A stretch of DNA of 64,000 nucleotides from Takakia lepidozioides (lineage: Eukaryota; Plantae; Bryophyta). This document shows, piece after piece, positions 24,482 to 38,700 of this stretch. The notes below the pieces were generated by a model. The model made no database searches. It was not told the origin of the DNA and saw nothing but the letters and a program-made list of their open reading frames with translations. The position numbers and the translations under genes were made by a program. The first letter of the stretch is position 1. Every line of letters starts with the position of its first letter. The stretch spans positions 50,840,001-50,904,000 of the forward strand of contig CM060731.1 in assembly GCA_030704615.1 (NCBI GenBank). Reading direction: 5' to 3'.

Positions 24482-27400
24482 AATTCTCGAGCCACAATTT
24501 TTGGAGATGAATCAATGCTCCGATGGAATCAGGCAACCTCTCCAAGCTCGTACAAGAAGAGAGGTCCAACTCTTCGAGCTCTTTCAACAGCCCCAAACAA
24601 TCAAGCACGATTTGTATGTTGGAACAACCCCGAAGATTGAGGATTTTTGACAATGCAAGATTACCAATGGAGTCTGGCAGGCCTTTGAGTGTTGTACAAT
24701 TCATGAGCCGCAGTTGTTGGAGATGAATCAATGTTCCGATGGATTCAAGCAAGCTCTCCAAGCTGGTGCATGAAGAGAGATCCAAGTTTTTGAGCTCTTT
24801 CCATAGCCCCAAACAATCAGGCACGCCTTGTATGTTGCAAGAACAACCCTCAAGGCTGAGGACTTTTAACTTTGCAAGATTACCAATGGAGTTTGGCAGG
24901 CCTTTGAGTGCTGTACAATTCTTGAGCAACAAATTTTGGAGATGAATCAATGTTCCGATGGAATCAGACAACCTCTCCAAGCTGGCACAAGACTCTAGGT
25001 CCAACTCTTCGAGCTCTTTCAACAGCCCCAAACAATCAAGCACGACTTGTATGTTGGAACAACCATCAAGGTTGAGGTCTTTTAATTTTGCAAGATTACC
25101 AATGGAGTCTGGTAGGCCTTTGAGTGCTATACAATTCTCGAGCCACAATTCTTGGAGATGAATCAATGCTCCGATGGAATCAGGCAAGCTCTCCAAGCTC
25201 ATACAAGAAGAGAGGTCCAACTCTTCAAGCTCTTTCAACAGCCCCAAACAATCAGACACGACTTGTATGTTGGAACAACCTTGAAGACTGAGGAATTTTA
25301 ACAATGCAAGATTACTTATGGAGTCTGGCAAACCTTTGAGTGTTGTACACGTCATAAGCCATAGTTGTTGGAGATGAATCAATGTTCCGATGGATTCAGG
25401 CAAGCTCTCCAAGCTAGTGCTAAAAAAGAGATCCAAGTTTTCGAGCTCTTTCCGCAGCCCCAAACAATCAAGCACGGCTTGTATGTTGCAGGAACGACCC
25501 TCAAGGCTGAGGACTTTTAACTTTGCAAGATTACCAATGGAGTCTGGTAGGCCTTTGAGTGTTGTACAATTCTAGAGCCATAATTTTTGGAGATGAATCA
25601 ATGTTCCAATGGAATCAGGCAACCTCTCCAAGCTCGTACAAGAAGAGAGGTCCAACTCTTCGAGCTCTTTCAACATCCCCAAACAATCAGGCACGACTTG
25701 TATGTTGGAACAACCCTTAAGGTTGAGGACTTTCAATTTTGCAAGATTACCAATGGAGTCAGGTAGGCCTTTGAGTGCTCTACAATTCTCGAGCCACAAT
25801 TTTTGGAGATGAATCAATGCTCCGATGGAATCAGGCAGCCTCTCTAAGCTCGTACAAAAAGAGAGGTCCAACTTTTGGAGCTCTTTCAACATCCCCAAGC
25901 AATCAGGCACGACTTGTATGTTGGTACAACCCTCAAGGTGGAGTACTTTTAATTTTGCAAGATTACCAATGGAGTCTGGTAGGCCTGTGAGTGCTATACA
26001 ATTGCCGAGCCATAATCTTTGGAGATGAATCAATGTTCCAATGGATTCAGGCAAGCTCTCCAAGCTCGTGCAAGAAGAGAGGTCCAAGTTTTCGAGCTCT
26101 TTACACAGCCCCAAACAATCAAGCACGGCTTGTATGTTGCAGTAGCAACCCTCAAGGCTGAGGACTTTTAACTTTGCAAGATTACCAATGGAGTATGGCA
26201 GGCCTTTGAGTGATGTACAATTCTTGAGCCACAATTTTTGGAGATGAACCACTCCTTCAATGAACTCAGGCAAGCACTCCAAGCTGATGCATGAAGAGAG
26301 GTCCAACTCTTCGAGCTCTTTCAACAACCCCAAACAATAAGGCACGACTTCTATGTTGGAACAACCCTTGAGGTTGAGGACTTTTAATTTTGCAAGATTA
26401 CCAATGGAGTCTGGTAGGCCTTTGAGTGCTATACAATTCTCGAGCCTCAGATTTTGGAGATGAATCAATGCTCCGATGGAATCAGACAACCTCTCCAAGC
26501 TCGTACAAGAAGAGAGGTCCAACTCTTCGAGCTCCTTCAACAGCCCCAAACAATGAGGCACGACTTGTATGTTGGAACAACCCCGAAGATTGAGGATTTT
26601 TAACGATGCAAGATTACCAATGGAGTTTGGCAAGCCTTTGAGTGCTGTACAATTCTTGAGCCATAATTTTTGGAGATGAATCAATGCTCCGATGGAATCA
26701 GGCAACCTCTCCAAGCTCCTACAAGAAGAGAGGTCGAACTCTTCGAGCTCTTTCAACAGCCCCAAACAATGAGGCACGACTTGTATGTTGGAACAACCCT
26801 CAAGGTTGAGGACTTTTAATTTTGCAAGATTACCAATGGAGTCTGGTAGGCCTTTGAGTGCTATACAATTCTCGAGCCTCAGATTTTGGAGATGAATCAA
26901 TGCTCCGATGGAATCAGACAACCTCTCCAAGCTCGTACAAGAAGAGAGGTCCAACTCTTCGAGCTCCTTCAACAGCCCCAAACAATGAGGCACGACTTGT
27001 ATGTTGGAACAACCCCGAAGATTGAGGATTTTTAACGATGCAAGATTACCAATGGAGTTTGGCAAGCCTTTGAGTGCTGTACAATTCTTGAGCCATAATT
27101 TTTGGAGATGAATCAATGCTCCGATGGAATCAGGCAACCTCTCCAAGCTCGTACAAGAAGAGAGGTCGAACTCTTCGAGCTCTTTCAACAGCCCCAAACA
27201 ATCAGGCACGACTTGTATGTTGGAACAACCTTTGAGGTTGAGGACTTTTAATTTTGCAAGATTACCAATGGAGTCTGGTAGGCCTTTGAGTGCTATAGAA
27301 TTCTCGAGCCTCAGATTTTGGAGATGAATTAATGCTCCGATGGAATCAGACAACCTCTCCAAGCTCGTACAAGAAGAGAGGTCCAACTCTTCGAGCTCTT

Positions 27401-29780
27401 TCAACAGCCCCAAACAATCAGGCACGACTTGTATGTTGGAACAACCCCGAAGATCGAGGATTTTTAACAATGCAAGATTACCAATGGAGTCTGGCAGGCC
27501 TTTGAGTGCTGTACAGTTCTTGAGCCACAATTTTTGGAGATGAATCAATGCTCCGATGAAATCAGGCAACCGCTCCAAGCAGGTACAAGACTCTAGGTCC
27601 AACTCTTCGAGCTCTTTCAACAGCCCCAAACAATAAGGCACGACTTGTATGTTGGAACAACCTTTGAGGTTGAGGACTTTTAATTTTGCAAGATTACCAA
27701 TGGAGTCTGGTAGGCCTTTGAGTGCTATACAATTCTCGAGCCTCAGATTTTGGAGATGAATCAATGCTCCGATGGAATCAGACAACCTCTCCAAGCTCGT
27801 ACAAGAAGAGAGGTCCAACTCTTTGAGCTCCTTCAACAGCCCCAAACAATGAGGCACGACTTGTATGTTGGAACAACCCCGAAGATTGAGGATTTTTAAC
27901 GATGCAAGATTACCAATGGAGTTTGGCAGGCCTTTGAGTGCTGTACAATTCTTGAGCCATAATTTTTGGAGATGAATCAATGCTCCGATGGAATCAGGCA
28001 ACCTCTCCAAGCTCCTACAAGAAGAGAGGTCCAACTCTTCGAGCTCTTTCAACAACCCCAAACAATAAGGCACGACTTCTATGTTGGAACAACCCTTGAG
28101 GTTGAGGACTTTCAATTTTGCAAGATTACCAATGGAGTCCGGTAGGCCTTTGAGTGCTATACAATTCTCGAGCCTCAGATTTTGGAGATGAATCAATGCT
28201 CCGATGGAATCAGGCAACCTCTCCAAGCTCGTACAAGAAGAGAGGTCCAACTCTTCGAGCTCCTTCAACAGCCCCAAACAATGAGGCACGACTTGTATGT
28301 TGGAACAACCCTGAAGATTGAGGATTTTTAACGATGCAAGATTACCAATGGAGTTTGGCAAGCCTTTGAGTGCTGTACAATTCTTGAGCCATAATTTTTG
28401 GAGATGAATCAATGCTCCGATGGAATCAGGCAACCTCTCCAAGCTCGTACAAGAAGAGAGGTCGAACTCTTCGAGCTCTTTCAACAGCCCCAAACAATCA
28501 GGCACAACTTGTATGTTGGAACAACCCTGAAGATTGAGGATTTTTAACAATACAAGATTACCAATGGAGTCTGGCAGACCTTTGAGTGTTGTACAATTCA
28601 TGAGCCGCAGTTGTTGGAGATGAATCAATGTTCCGATGGAATCAGGCAAGCTCTCCAAGCTGGTGCAAGAAGAGAGATCCAACTCTTCGAGCTCTTTCAA
28701 CAGCCCCAAACAATCAACCACGATTTGTATGTTGGAACAACCCCGAAGATCGAGGATTTTTAACAATGCAAGATTACCAATGGAGTTTGGCAGGCCTTTG
28801 AGTGCTGTACAATTCTTGAGCCATAATTTTTGGAGATGAATCAATGCTCCGATGAAATCAGGCAACCGCTCCAAGCTGGTACAAGACTCTAGTTCCAACT
28901 CTTCGAGCTCTTTCAACAGCCCCAAACAATCAGGCACGACTTGTATGTTGGAACAACCCTTGAGGTTGAGGACTTTTAATTTTGCAAGATTACCAATGGA
29001 GTCTGGTAGGCCTTTGAGTGCTATACAATTCTCGAGCCTCAGATTTTGGAGATGAATCAATGCTCCGATGGAATCAAGCAACCTCTCCAAGCTCGTACAA
29101 GAAGAGAGGTCCAACTCTTCGAGCTCCTTCAACAGCCCCAAACAATGAGGCACGACTTGTATGTTGGAACAACCCCGAAGATTGAGGATTTTTAACGATG
29201 CAAGATTACCAATGGAGTTTGGCAAGCCTTTGAGTGCTGTACAATTCTTGAGCCATAATTTTTGGAGATGAATCAATGCTCCGATGGAATCAGGCAACCT
29301 CTCCAAGCTCGTACAAGAAGAGAGGTCGAACTCTTCGAGCTCTTTCAACAGCCCCAAACAATCAGGCACGACTTGTATGTTGGAACAACCCTCAAGGTTG
29401 AGGACTTTCAATTTTGCAAGATTACCAATGGAATCTGGTAGGCCTTTGAGTGCTATACAATTCTTGAGCCTTAGATTTTGGAGATGAATCAATGCTCCGA
29501 TGGAATTAGGCAACCTCTCCAAGCTCGTACAAGAAGAGAGGTCCAACTCTTCGAGCTTTTTCAACAACCCCAAACAATCAGGGAGGGCTTGTATATTGGA
29601 ACAACCCTCAAAGTTGAGGACTTTTACCATTGTAAGCTTAACTATGGAAGCTGGCAGGCCTTTGAGTGTTGTACAATGCTTGACAATCATCTTTTGAAGC
29701 ATCGTTAGCTCTCCAATCGAATGTGGAAGAATTTCAAGTCTCGAACACCTAGATAGTTCTATCTCCTCCACTTTTTTCAT
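24482..29780 (-). repeat. Coding LRR array: 72-bp units arranged in 216-bp and 432-bp higher-order repeats, about 73 LRRs
   Basis: The triplet (LPDSIGALIHLQxLxLxNC / LPDSIGNLAKLKVLNLxGC / VPDCLGLLKELEELDLSSC) repeats throughout. Confidence 0.95.
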
Positions 29781-32700
29781 ATGAGCCAAAGTATGTGTTG
29801 GACCCTTCAAGACAATATCACCAAAATTTATTACTATCCGCACCTAGTTTTACTCAAAATAATAGATATTGATCCCAGCTCATTTTTTACAACACAACAT
29901 TTCAAAGAAGCATACAATCTAAAATCTACATTTAATGTAATATATGATATTCAATTTAAGTAACATGTACCTGATTATTATGATCTTCCTCCCACAACTT
30001 TTGGATGGTACTGTCTCGCACATGAAGCACGCGCAAATTGTTCGCAAAAGAAAGCCCGTGAGGCAAGTAGTCGGATCGCAAATCACATATGCGAAACCAT
30101 GTCAAACTATTTGGAAAAGTAATGGAAGATTCCCATGTGAAATCATGTAAGAAAAATATTCTTAGCTTTTTCATGGTATGAAAGCTCTCCATAGCCAATC
30201 TTTTGGAATCTCTGTCCACATTCTCCAAATTTAGTGAAAGCACTTGGACCTTGGATTTGATCTGGACAACACCACAACATACATTCTTGTATTCAACAGA
30301 TAATAACATTCATGACATCTTCAATTAGAAATTCCAATCATATGGCATCTATGAAAAGAATTGAACGTGCATTACAATTTGTGTTTCTCTTGTACAATGA
30401 ATGTCCATCAAGTTGTTGATTTACAGTCAAGCCTTGAAGTTGTGCAGCGCTCAAAATGAGTTAACACTTGGAACAATCAGTTCGCTCCCTCTTCACCCAT
30501 CAATCAAATATTTGAGTCTTGACTTGCATCGTACAAACTTTAACAACAATGGAATAGACAGTTCGATTTTTATGAAATCACCTCATTTTCAGTCAGGTCT
30601 GTTGCTTCGTCTTGGGGTACCCAAAAGCCATCAAACAAACCATGCCCTGTCATCACAATGTGTCGACCCATGTCTCGTAGATGATCATGCATCAAGAATC
30701 TGCGTTCATGGTCCAACTTCACCAATGCCTTATCAATGAGATTTCGAAGTCCAATCTCTGCAGACCACCCAGATCCTTTCCAGGCTCGTTTAGCCGTCTC
30801 ACTTGATTCCCCAAGTAGCACACAAGCAATGTCAAGGAACATTTTTTTATAATCTTCCTCGAGAGCATCAAAGCTTATTCGCAAGATCTCATATAGTTTT
30901 TTGTTTTCTGGGAGATAAGATTGTTTCTTCAACTTCTCAAGGACTTTTTCCCAAATGCCTCTGTTCTCCTCTCCACTCAATGATGCGCCAATTATCTCCA
31001 AAATTAACGGAAGCCCACCACAAGCTTTCACAACATCATTTGCAAGCTTTTCAAAATGTTCTTTTGGGTTCGAATTCGAAAAGGCATGCAAATTGAACAA
31101 CTTCTTCGAATCTTCCTCACAAAGACCCTCGACATTGTAAATACCACCAAGTTTTAACATCAATCGCTTGTCACGTGATGTCATCACACAACAACTCCCA
31201 TCTCCTAGTTCTCCAAACATCTCTGCATCGAACAATAGAGCATCCATTTGAGACTGATCATCAACGTCATCCAACACAATCAAAACCTTCTTCCCACGTA
31301 GATGCGCCTTCAATATTTCTTTTCCTCGAGATACGGAATTCATCCTTAAATCTGTATTTTTGCATATGTCATTGTGCAATTGCTTTTGCATGTTGGTGAC
31401 CCCATCAGGCTGCTTAGCTCTCTCCTTGACGTCCGCCACAAAACTAGCCACCTCAAAACCCGTAAAAATACTTTTGTATATTTCTTTTGCTAATGTCGTC
31501 TTGCCCACTCCACCTGTGCCCCATATGCCAAATGTCATAACTCCTGGACCAAGCTGCAGACTTTGGATTACAATTTTTGCTCTTTCCTTAAGCCCGACAG
31601 GGTGTTTGGCAGTTCCAAATGGTAATATGTTCAAAACTTCTTCAACTTTCTTCACGGCTTTCTTCACCACACTCACTTCAGACCTGCACATCAAAGGTAT
31701 TGATAAGGCTGCATAAGGCAGTGCCCCATAAGCATCTCATCAAGAATTGCTTCTAAGAATCAGTAATTTTCAATCAGTTATCCAAAGTCAAAAGCAAGCT
31801 TCCAAGGAGCTCCAACATCTACACCACAATCAGCACCACACTTTGTGATCTAAGAGTGCAACAAACAACTTTTTATGCAAAGCTCATAGTGCCAAGGGGC
31901 TTTGCCATTAAAAGTGATGTTGATCCACTAAAAGATCTCGTCAGAAAACAAACAATTACAACTATCATGAAATTTATATGAAATACCCTAAATCATATAA
32001 TTAAAGTCCCACTTCTACATTTGCATGCACGATTCTTTCCTAGGAGATAAAAAGAATGAGGAAATAGAGAGTGGGCTGTAATATCTTTACGAATATGGAG
32101 ATATATCCATACTTACAGTTAAAGGTAGCCAAATAAGAAGCATTGAGCAGATCTGATCTAAGGTTATTATAGAGGAATTTTCAGATGAGCAAACAAAAAA
32201 CAATTAGAGAAACAGCAACAAAAAGGTAATAGAAAAAGAAAAAGAAAAAGAAAAAAAGAAGCATGTATAAAAGACGCCGACCATAACAAAACAATGAACA
32301 TGGATTCATATGAACCCTGAACTAAGAATTGTAGTATATAGACTTGGTGACTGCCTCTCACACATCCATGGACCAAGCAAAAATTAAGACGTATGGAAGT
32401 ATCAGGCCACCATCATTTTCTCTCCGAGAGAAAGTAAGTGCAATGACCTGATGGTACAAGAACGCATGACAAATCCTTAAAACCGACAAGAGAAGAAAAC
32501 GATATCCCCATGCAGCCCCTCGTTGTTGACAAAGGCCTCCACAACTTCAAGGGTAGAGTCATAAAAGGAAGACAGCAAGGTAGGAGCAATTGGGAAATGA
32601 ATGCTTATCAAAGTCAAAATTATGAAAGAGAGACGTGTTCTCAGGAGTGGAAGGGAGGTGGGAAATCAAGTAAATCATCATCATGCCAAATATACAGGAG

Positions 32701-35700
32701 TAAGCAAGAAAACTTTGCACACCCTACCCATCTGCAAGTTCCACTCCCATGCGATGTGATGCTTGAGTGAGTGCTTCCTTCCACTTTGTCACTTCTTCAT
32801 CAGTGTGCCGCTGTCTTAGTTTCTCGAGCCCATCCCTTAGACAACCATTATCTGGCCACCGTACATCGCTGGGTGTCACATCATAGAAGATGGGCAAGAT
32901 GACATTGTCACGGCTTTTCAACATGAGGCATAGCTCATCCAGGCACCACTTGGACTCCGTATAACCCTTACTGAACACCGGTATGCAGATACGAGCACTG
33001 CGGATAGCATGATCGATGGACTCCCATGGAATCTCTCCCAAATCAATAACTTCGGCGTCGTCGAGGAACGGTTTAAACCCAGCAGTGCGCAGCGCCTCAT
33101 CCAAGTGGCACACGAAAGTCTTCTTTACGTCCGGCCCTCTATGACTGATAAACACATCATACCTCTCCGCGGGACCTGCACATAGAAGAACAGAACCTTT
33201 TCCTGCACAAAGTGAATGCCTAAGAGGATGAGGTTGACTTGCAAAAGGGTCAGTTTAATCTGACCTTAACTCAGGGGGTTTTCCAGCAGCCATGACAAGA
33301 AAACAATGCCCAAGTAAATGCCCATGCCTGAGCATACAAACCAAAAAATGGTGAGGCTCCTGGGGCTGAGCGATAAAGGTATTTACCAAGCCACCGGTTC
33401 CCTCACCCCTGACTCTTTTTCTATCTTTCATACCTCAGATTCGTACCAATTGTGACACTATTTAGGTGTGTGACTCTTAGTGCACATCACCTGCGGACTC
33501 ACATGTACCGATCAACACCAGTATTGTAATACCGGTGTTAGACCTTCAAGCTGGCGTCCATGGACTTCTAAAACCGATCAAACTTTTCTCATCTCCAGCA
33601 GGTAACTCCCACTTTCAGTCGTGCACCCAGCTTACTCACCTACGTCGTTTCTTCCGGTTCTCTTGCATTCCCATGTCATCATGTTTACCACGGATAGTTC
33701 CTAAACTTAACACCAGAACAGTGCTTCTTCGTTCAGATCGGGTCTGGTGCGAACTACTCCCCCACACTTCAAACAAGTTGGCGCAAGGTGAGAAGGACTT
33801 ATGCTCATCAAGTCCCGCCAAATTTCCACCACTTCTGGGAGGTGCGGAATGTTCACAAAAGAAGCTCGCGGCGGTGGGCTATCGTCTGATAACCCCTACT
33901 AATTGTCAATCCCACCCAAGGAGGCCACCGGAGTAGCTCTCCCAATGGAGGAAAGAAAGCTGACAGCGTTACCTCTGGGGTTCGGTTGCCGCGGTTGATA
34001 TCCACTGAGTCATCCTCGGCAGCCCGTTCATGTGGATCCTGAGAGCTGGAAGCAAGCGTGGACCTTTGAGCAGATGCAGCACTGATATCCATTGAGTCAT
34101 CCTCGGTAGCCCGTTCATGTAGACCCTGGGAGCTGGAAGCAAGCAAGGACCTTTGAGCAGATGCAGCACTGGATTTGGCAGTTCCAAATGGATTTGGCAC
34201 AGGGTGTTTGGCAGTTCCAAATGGTAATATGTTCAAAACTTCTTCAACTTTCTTCACGGCTTTCTTCACCACACTCACTTCAGACCTGCACATCAAAGGT
34301 ATTGATAAGGCTACATAAGGCAGTGCCCCATAAGCATCTCATCAAGAATTGCTTCTAAGAATCAGTAATTTTCAATCAGTTATCCAAAGTCAAAAGCAAG
34401 CTTCCAAGGAGCTCCAACATCTACACCACAATCAGCACCACACTTTGTGATCTAAGAGTGCAACAAACAACTTTTTATGCAAAGCTCATAGTGCCAAGGG
34501 GCTTTGCCATTAAAAGTGATGTTGATCCACTAAAAGATCTCGTCAGAAAACAAACAATTACAACTATCATGAAATTTATATGAAATACCCTAAATCATAT
34601 AATTAAAGTCCCACTTCTACATTTGCATGCACGATTCTTTCCTAGGAGATAAAAAGAATGAGGAAATAGAGAGTGGGCTGTAATATCTTTACGAATATGG
34701 AGATATATCCATACTTACAGTTAAAGGTAGCCAAATAAGAAGCATTGAGCAGATCTGATCTAAGGTTATTATAGAGGAATTTTCAGATGAGCAAACAAAA
34801 AACAATTAGAGAAACAGCAACAAAAAGGTAATAGAAAAAGAAAAAGAAAAAGAAAAAAAGAAGCATGTATAAAAGACGCCGACCATAACAAAACAATGAA
34901 CATGGATTCATATGAACCCTGAACTAAGAATTGTAGTATATAGACTTGGTGACTGCCTCTCACACATCCATGGACCAAGCAAAAATTAAGACGTATGGAA
35001 GTATCAGGCCACCATCATTTTCTCTCCGAGAGAAAGTAAGTGCAATGACCTGATGGTACAAGAACGCATGACAAATCCTTAAAACCGACAAGAGAAGAAA
35101 ACGATATCCCCATGCAGCCCCTCGTTGTTGACAAAGGCCTCCACAACTTCAAGGGTAGAGTCATAAAAGGAAGACAGCAAGGTAGGAGCAATTGGGAAAT
35201 GAATGCTTATCAAAGTCAAAATTATGAAAGAGAGACGTGTTCTCAGGAGTGGAAGGGAGGTGGGAAATCAAGTAAATCATCATCATGCCAAATATACAGG
35301 AGTAAGCAAGAAAACTTTGCACACCCTACCCATCTGCAAGTTCCACTCCCATGCGATGTGATGCTTGAGTGAGTGCTTCCTTCCACTTTGTCACTTCTTC
35401 ATCAGTGTGCCGCTGTCTTAGTTTCTCGAGCCCATCCCTTAGACAACCATTATCTGGCCACCGTACATCGCTGGGTGTCACATCATAGAAGATGGGCAAG
35501 ATGACATTGTCACGGCTTTTCAACATGAGGCATAGCTCATCCAGGCACCACTTGGACTCCGTATAACCCTTACTGAACACCGGTATGCAGATACGAGCAC
35601 TGCGGATAGCATGATCGATGGACTCCCATGGAATCTCTCCCAAATCAATAACTTCGGCGTCGTCGAGGAACGGTTTAAACCCAGCAGTGCGCAGCGCCTC

Positions 35701-38700
35701 ATCCAAGTGGCACACGAAAGTCTTCTTTACGTCCGGCCCTCTATGACTGATAAACACATCATACCTCTCCGCGGGACCTGCACATAGAAGAACAGAACCT
35801 TTTCCTGCACAAAGTGAATGCCTAAGAGGATGAGGTTGACTTGCAAAAGGGTCAGTTTAATCTGACCTTAACTCAGGGGGTTTTCCAGCAGCCATGACAA
35901 GAAAACAATGCCCAAGTAAATGCCCATGCCTGAGCATACAAACCAAAAAATGGTGAGGCTCCTGGGGCTGAGCGATAAAGGTATTTACCAAGCCACCGGT
36001 TCCCTCACCCCTGACTCTTTTTCTATCTTTCATACCTCAGATTCGTACCAATTGTGACACTATTTAGGTGTGTGACTCTTAGTGCACATCACCTGCGGAC
36101 TCACATGTACCGATCAACACCAGTATTGTAATACCGGTGTTAGACCTTCAAGCTGGCGTCCATGGACTTCTAAAACCGATCAAACTTTTCTCATCTCCAG
36201 CAGGTAACTCCCACTTTCAGTCGTGCACCCAGCTTACTCACCTACGTCGTTTCTTCCGGTTCTCTTGCATTCCCATGTCATCATGTTTACCACGGATAGT
36301 TCCTAAACTTAACACCAGAACAGTGCTTCTTCGTTCAGATCGGGTCTGGTGCGAACTACTCCCCCACACTTCAAACAAGTTGGCGCAAGGTGAGAAGGAC
36401 TTATGCTCATCAAGTCCCGCCAAATTTCCACCACTTCTGGGAGGTGCGGAATGTTCACAAAAGAAGCTCGCGGCGGTGGGCTATCGTCTGATAACCCCTA
36501 CTAATTGTCAATCCCACCCAAGGAGGCCACCGGAGTAGCTCTCCCAATGGAGGAAAGAAAGCTGACAGCGTTACCTCTGGGGGTTCGGTTGCCGCGGTTG
36601 ATATCCACTGAGTCATCCTCGGCAGCCCGTTCATGTGGATCCTGAGAGCTGGAAGCAAGCGTGGACCTTTGAGCAGATGCAGCACTGATATCCATTGAGT
36701 CATCCTCGGTAGCCCGTTCATGTAGACCCTGGGAGCTGGAAGCAAGCAAGGACCTTTGAGCAGATGCAGCACTGGATTTGGCAGTTCCAAATGGATTTGG
36801 CACAGGGTGTTTGGCAGTTCCAAATGGTAATATGTTCAAAACTTCTTCAACTTTCTTCACGGCTTTCTTCACCACACTCACTTCAGACCTGCACATCAAA
36901 GGTATTGATAAGGCTACATAAGGCAGTGCCCCATAAGCATCTCATCAAGAATTGCTTCTAAGAATCAGTAATTTTCAATCAGTTATCCAAAGTCAAAAGC
37001 AAGCTTCCAAGGAGCTCCAACATCTACACCACAATCAGCACCACACTTTGTGATCTAAGAGTGCAACAAACAACTTTTTATGCAAAGCTCATAGTGCCAA
37101 GGGGCTTTGCCATTAAAAGTGATGTTGATCCACTAAAAGATCTCGTCAGAAAACAAACAATTACAACTATCATGAAATTTATATGAAATACCCTAAATCA
37201 TATAATTAAAGTCCCACTTCTACATTTGCATGCACGATTCTTTCCTAGGAGATAAAAAGAATGAGGAAATAGAGAGTGGGCTGTAATATCTTTACGAATA
37301 TGGAGATATATCCATACTTACAGTTAAAGGTAGCCAAATAAGAAGCATTGAGCAGATCTGATCTAAGGTTATTATAGAGGAATTTTCAGATGAGCAAACA
37401 AAAAACAATTAGAGAAACAGCAACAAAAAGGTAATAGAAAAAGAAAAAGAAAAAGAAAAAAAGAAGCATGTATAAAAGACGCCGACCATAACAAAACAAT
37501 GAACATGGATTCATATGAACCCTGAACTAAGAATTGTAGTATATAGACTTGGTGACTGCCTCTCACACATCCATGGACCAAGCAAAAAATTAAGACGTAT
37601 GGAAGTATCAGGCCACCATCATTTTCTCTCCGAGAGAAAGTAAGTGCAATGACCTGATGGTACAAGAACGCATGACAAATCCTTAAAACCGACAAGAGAA
37701 GAAAACGATATCCCCATGCAGCCCCTCGTTGTTGACAAAGGCCTCCACAACTTCAAGGGTAGAGTCATAAAAGGAAGACAGCAAGGTAGGAGCAATTGGG
37801 AAATGAATGCTTATCAAAGTCAAAATTATGAAAGAGAGACGTGTTCTCAGGAGTGGAAGGGAGGTGGGAAATCAAGTAAATCATCATCATGCCAAATATA
37901 CAGGAGTAAGCAAGAAAACTTTGCACACCCTACCCATCTGCAAGTTCCACTCCCATGCGATGTGATGCTTGAGTGAGTGCTTCCTTCCACTTTGTCACTT
38001 CTTCATCAGTGTGCCGCTGTCTTAGTTTCTCGAGCCCATCCCTTAGACAACCATTATCTGGCCACCGTACATCGCTGGGTGTCACATCATAGAAGATGGG
38101 CAAGATGACATTGTCACGGCTTTTCAACATGAGGCATAGCTCATCCAGGCACCACTTGGACTCCGTATAACCCTTACTGAACACCGGTATGCAGATACGA
38201 GCACTGCGGATAGCATGATCGATGGACTCCCATGGAATCTCTCCCAAATCAATAACTTCGGCGTCGTCGAGGAACGGTTTAAACCCAGCAGTGCGCAGCG
38301 CCTCATCCAAGTGGCACACGAAAGTCTTCTTTACGTCCGGCCCTCTATGACTGATAAACACATCATACCTCTCCGCGGGACCTGCACATAGAAGAACAGA
38401 ACCTTTTCCTGCACAAAGTGAATGCCTAAGAGGATGAGGTTGACTTGCAAAAGGGTCAGTTTAATCTGACCTTAACTCAGGGGGTTTTCCAGCAGCCATG
38501 ACAAGAAAACAATGCCCAAGTAAATGCCCATGCCTGAGCATACAAACCAAAAAATGGTGAGGCTCCTGGGGCTGAGCGATAAAGGTATTTACCAAGCCAC
38601 CGGTTCCCTCACCCCTGACTCTTTTTCTATCTTTCATACCTCAGATTCGTACCAATTGTGACACTATTTAGGTGTGTGACTCTTAGTGCACATCACCTGC

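Noticed and set aside
24523-29708. Many 65-76 aa plus-strand ORFs (MESGNLSKLVQ...)
   Set aside because: Antisense shadows of the LRR repeats.
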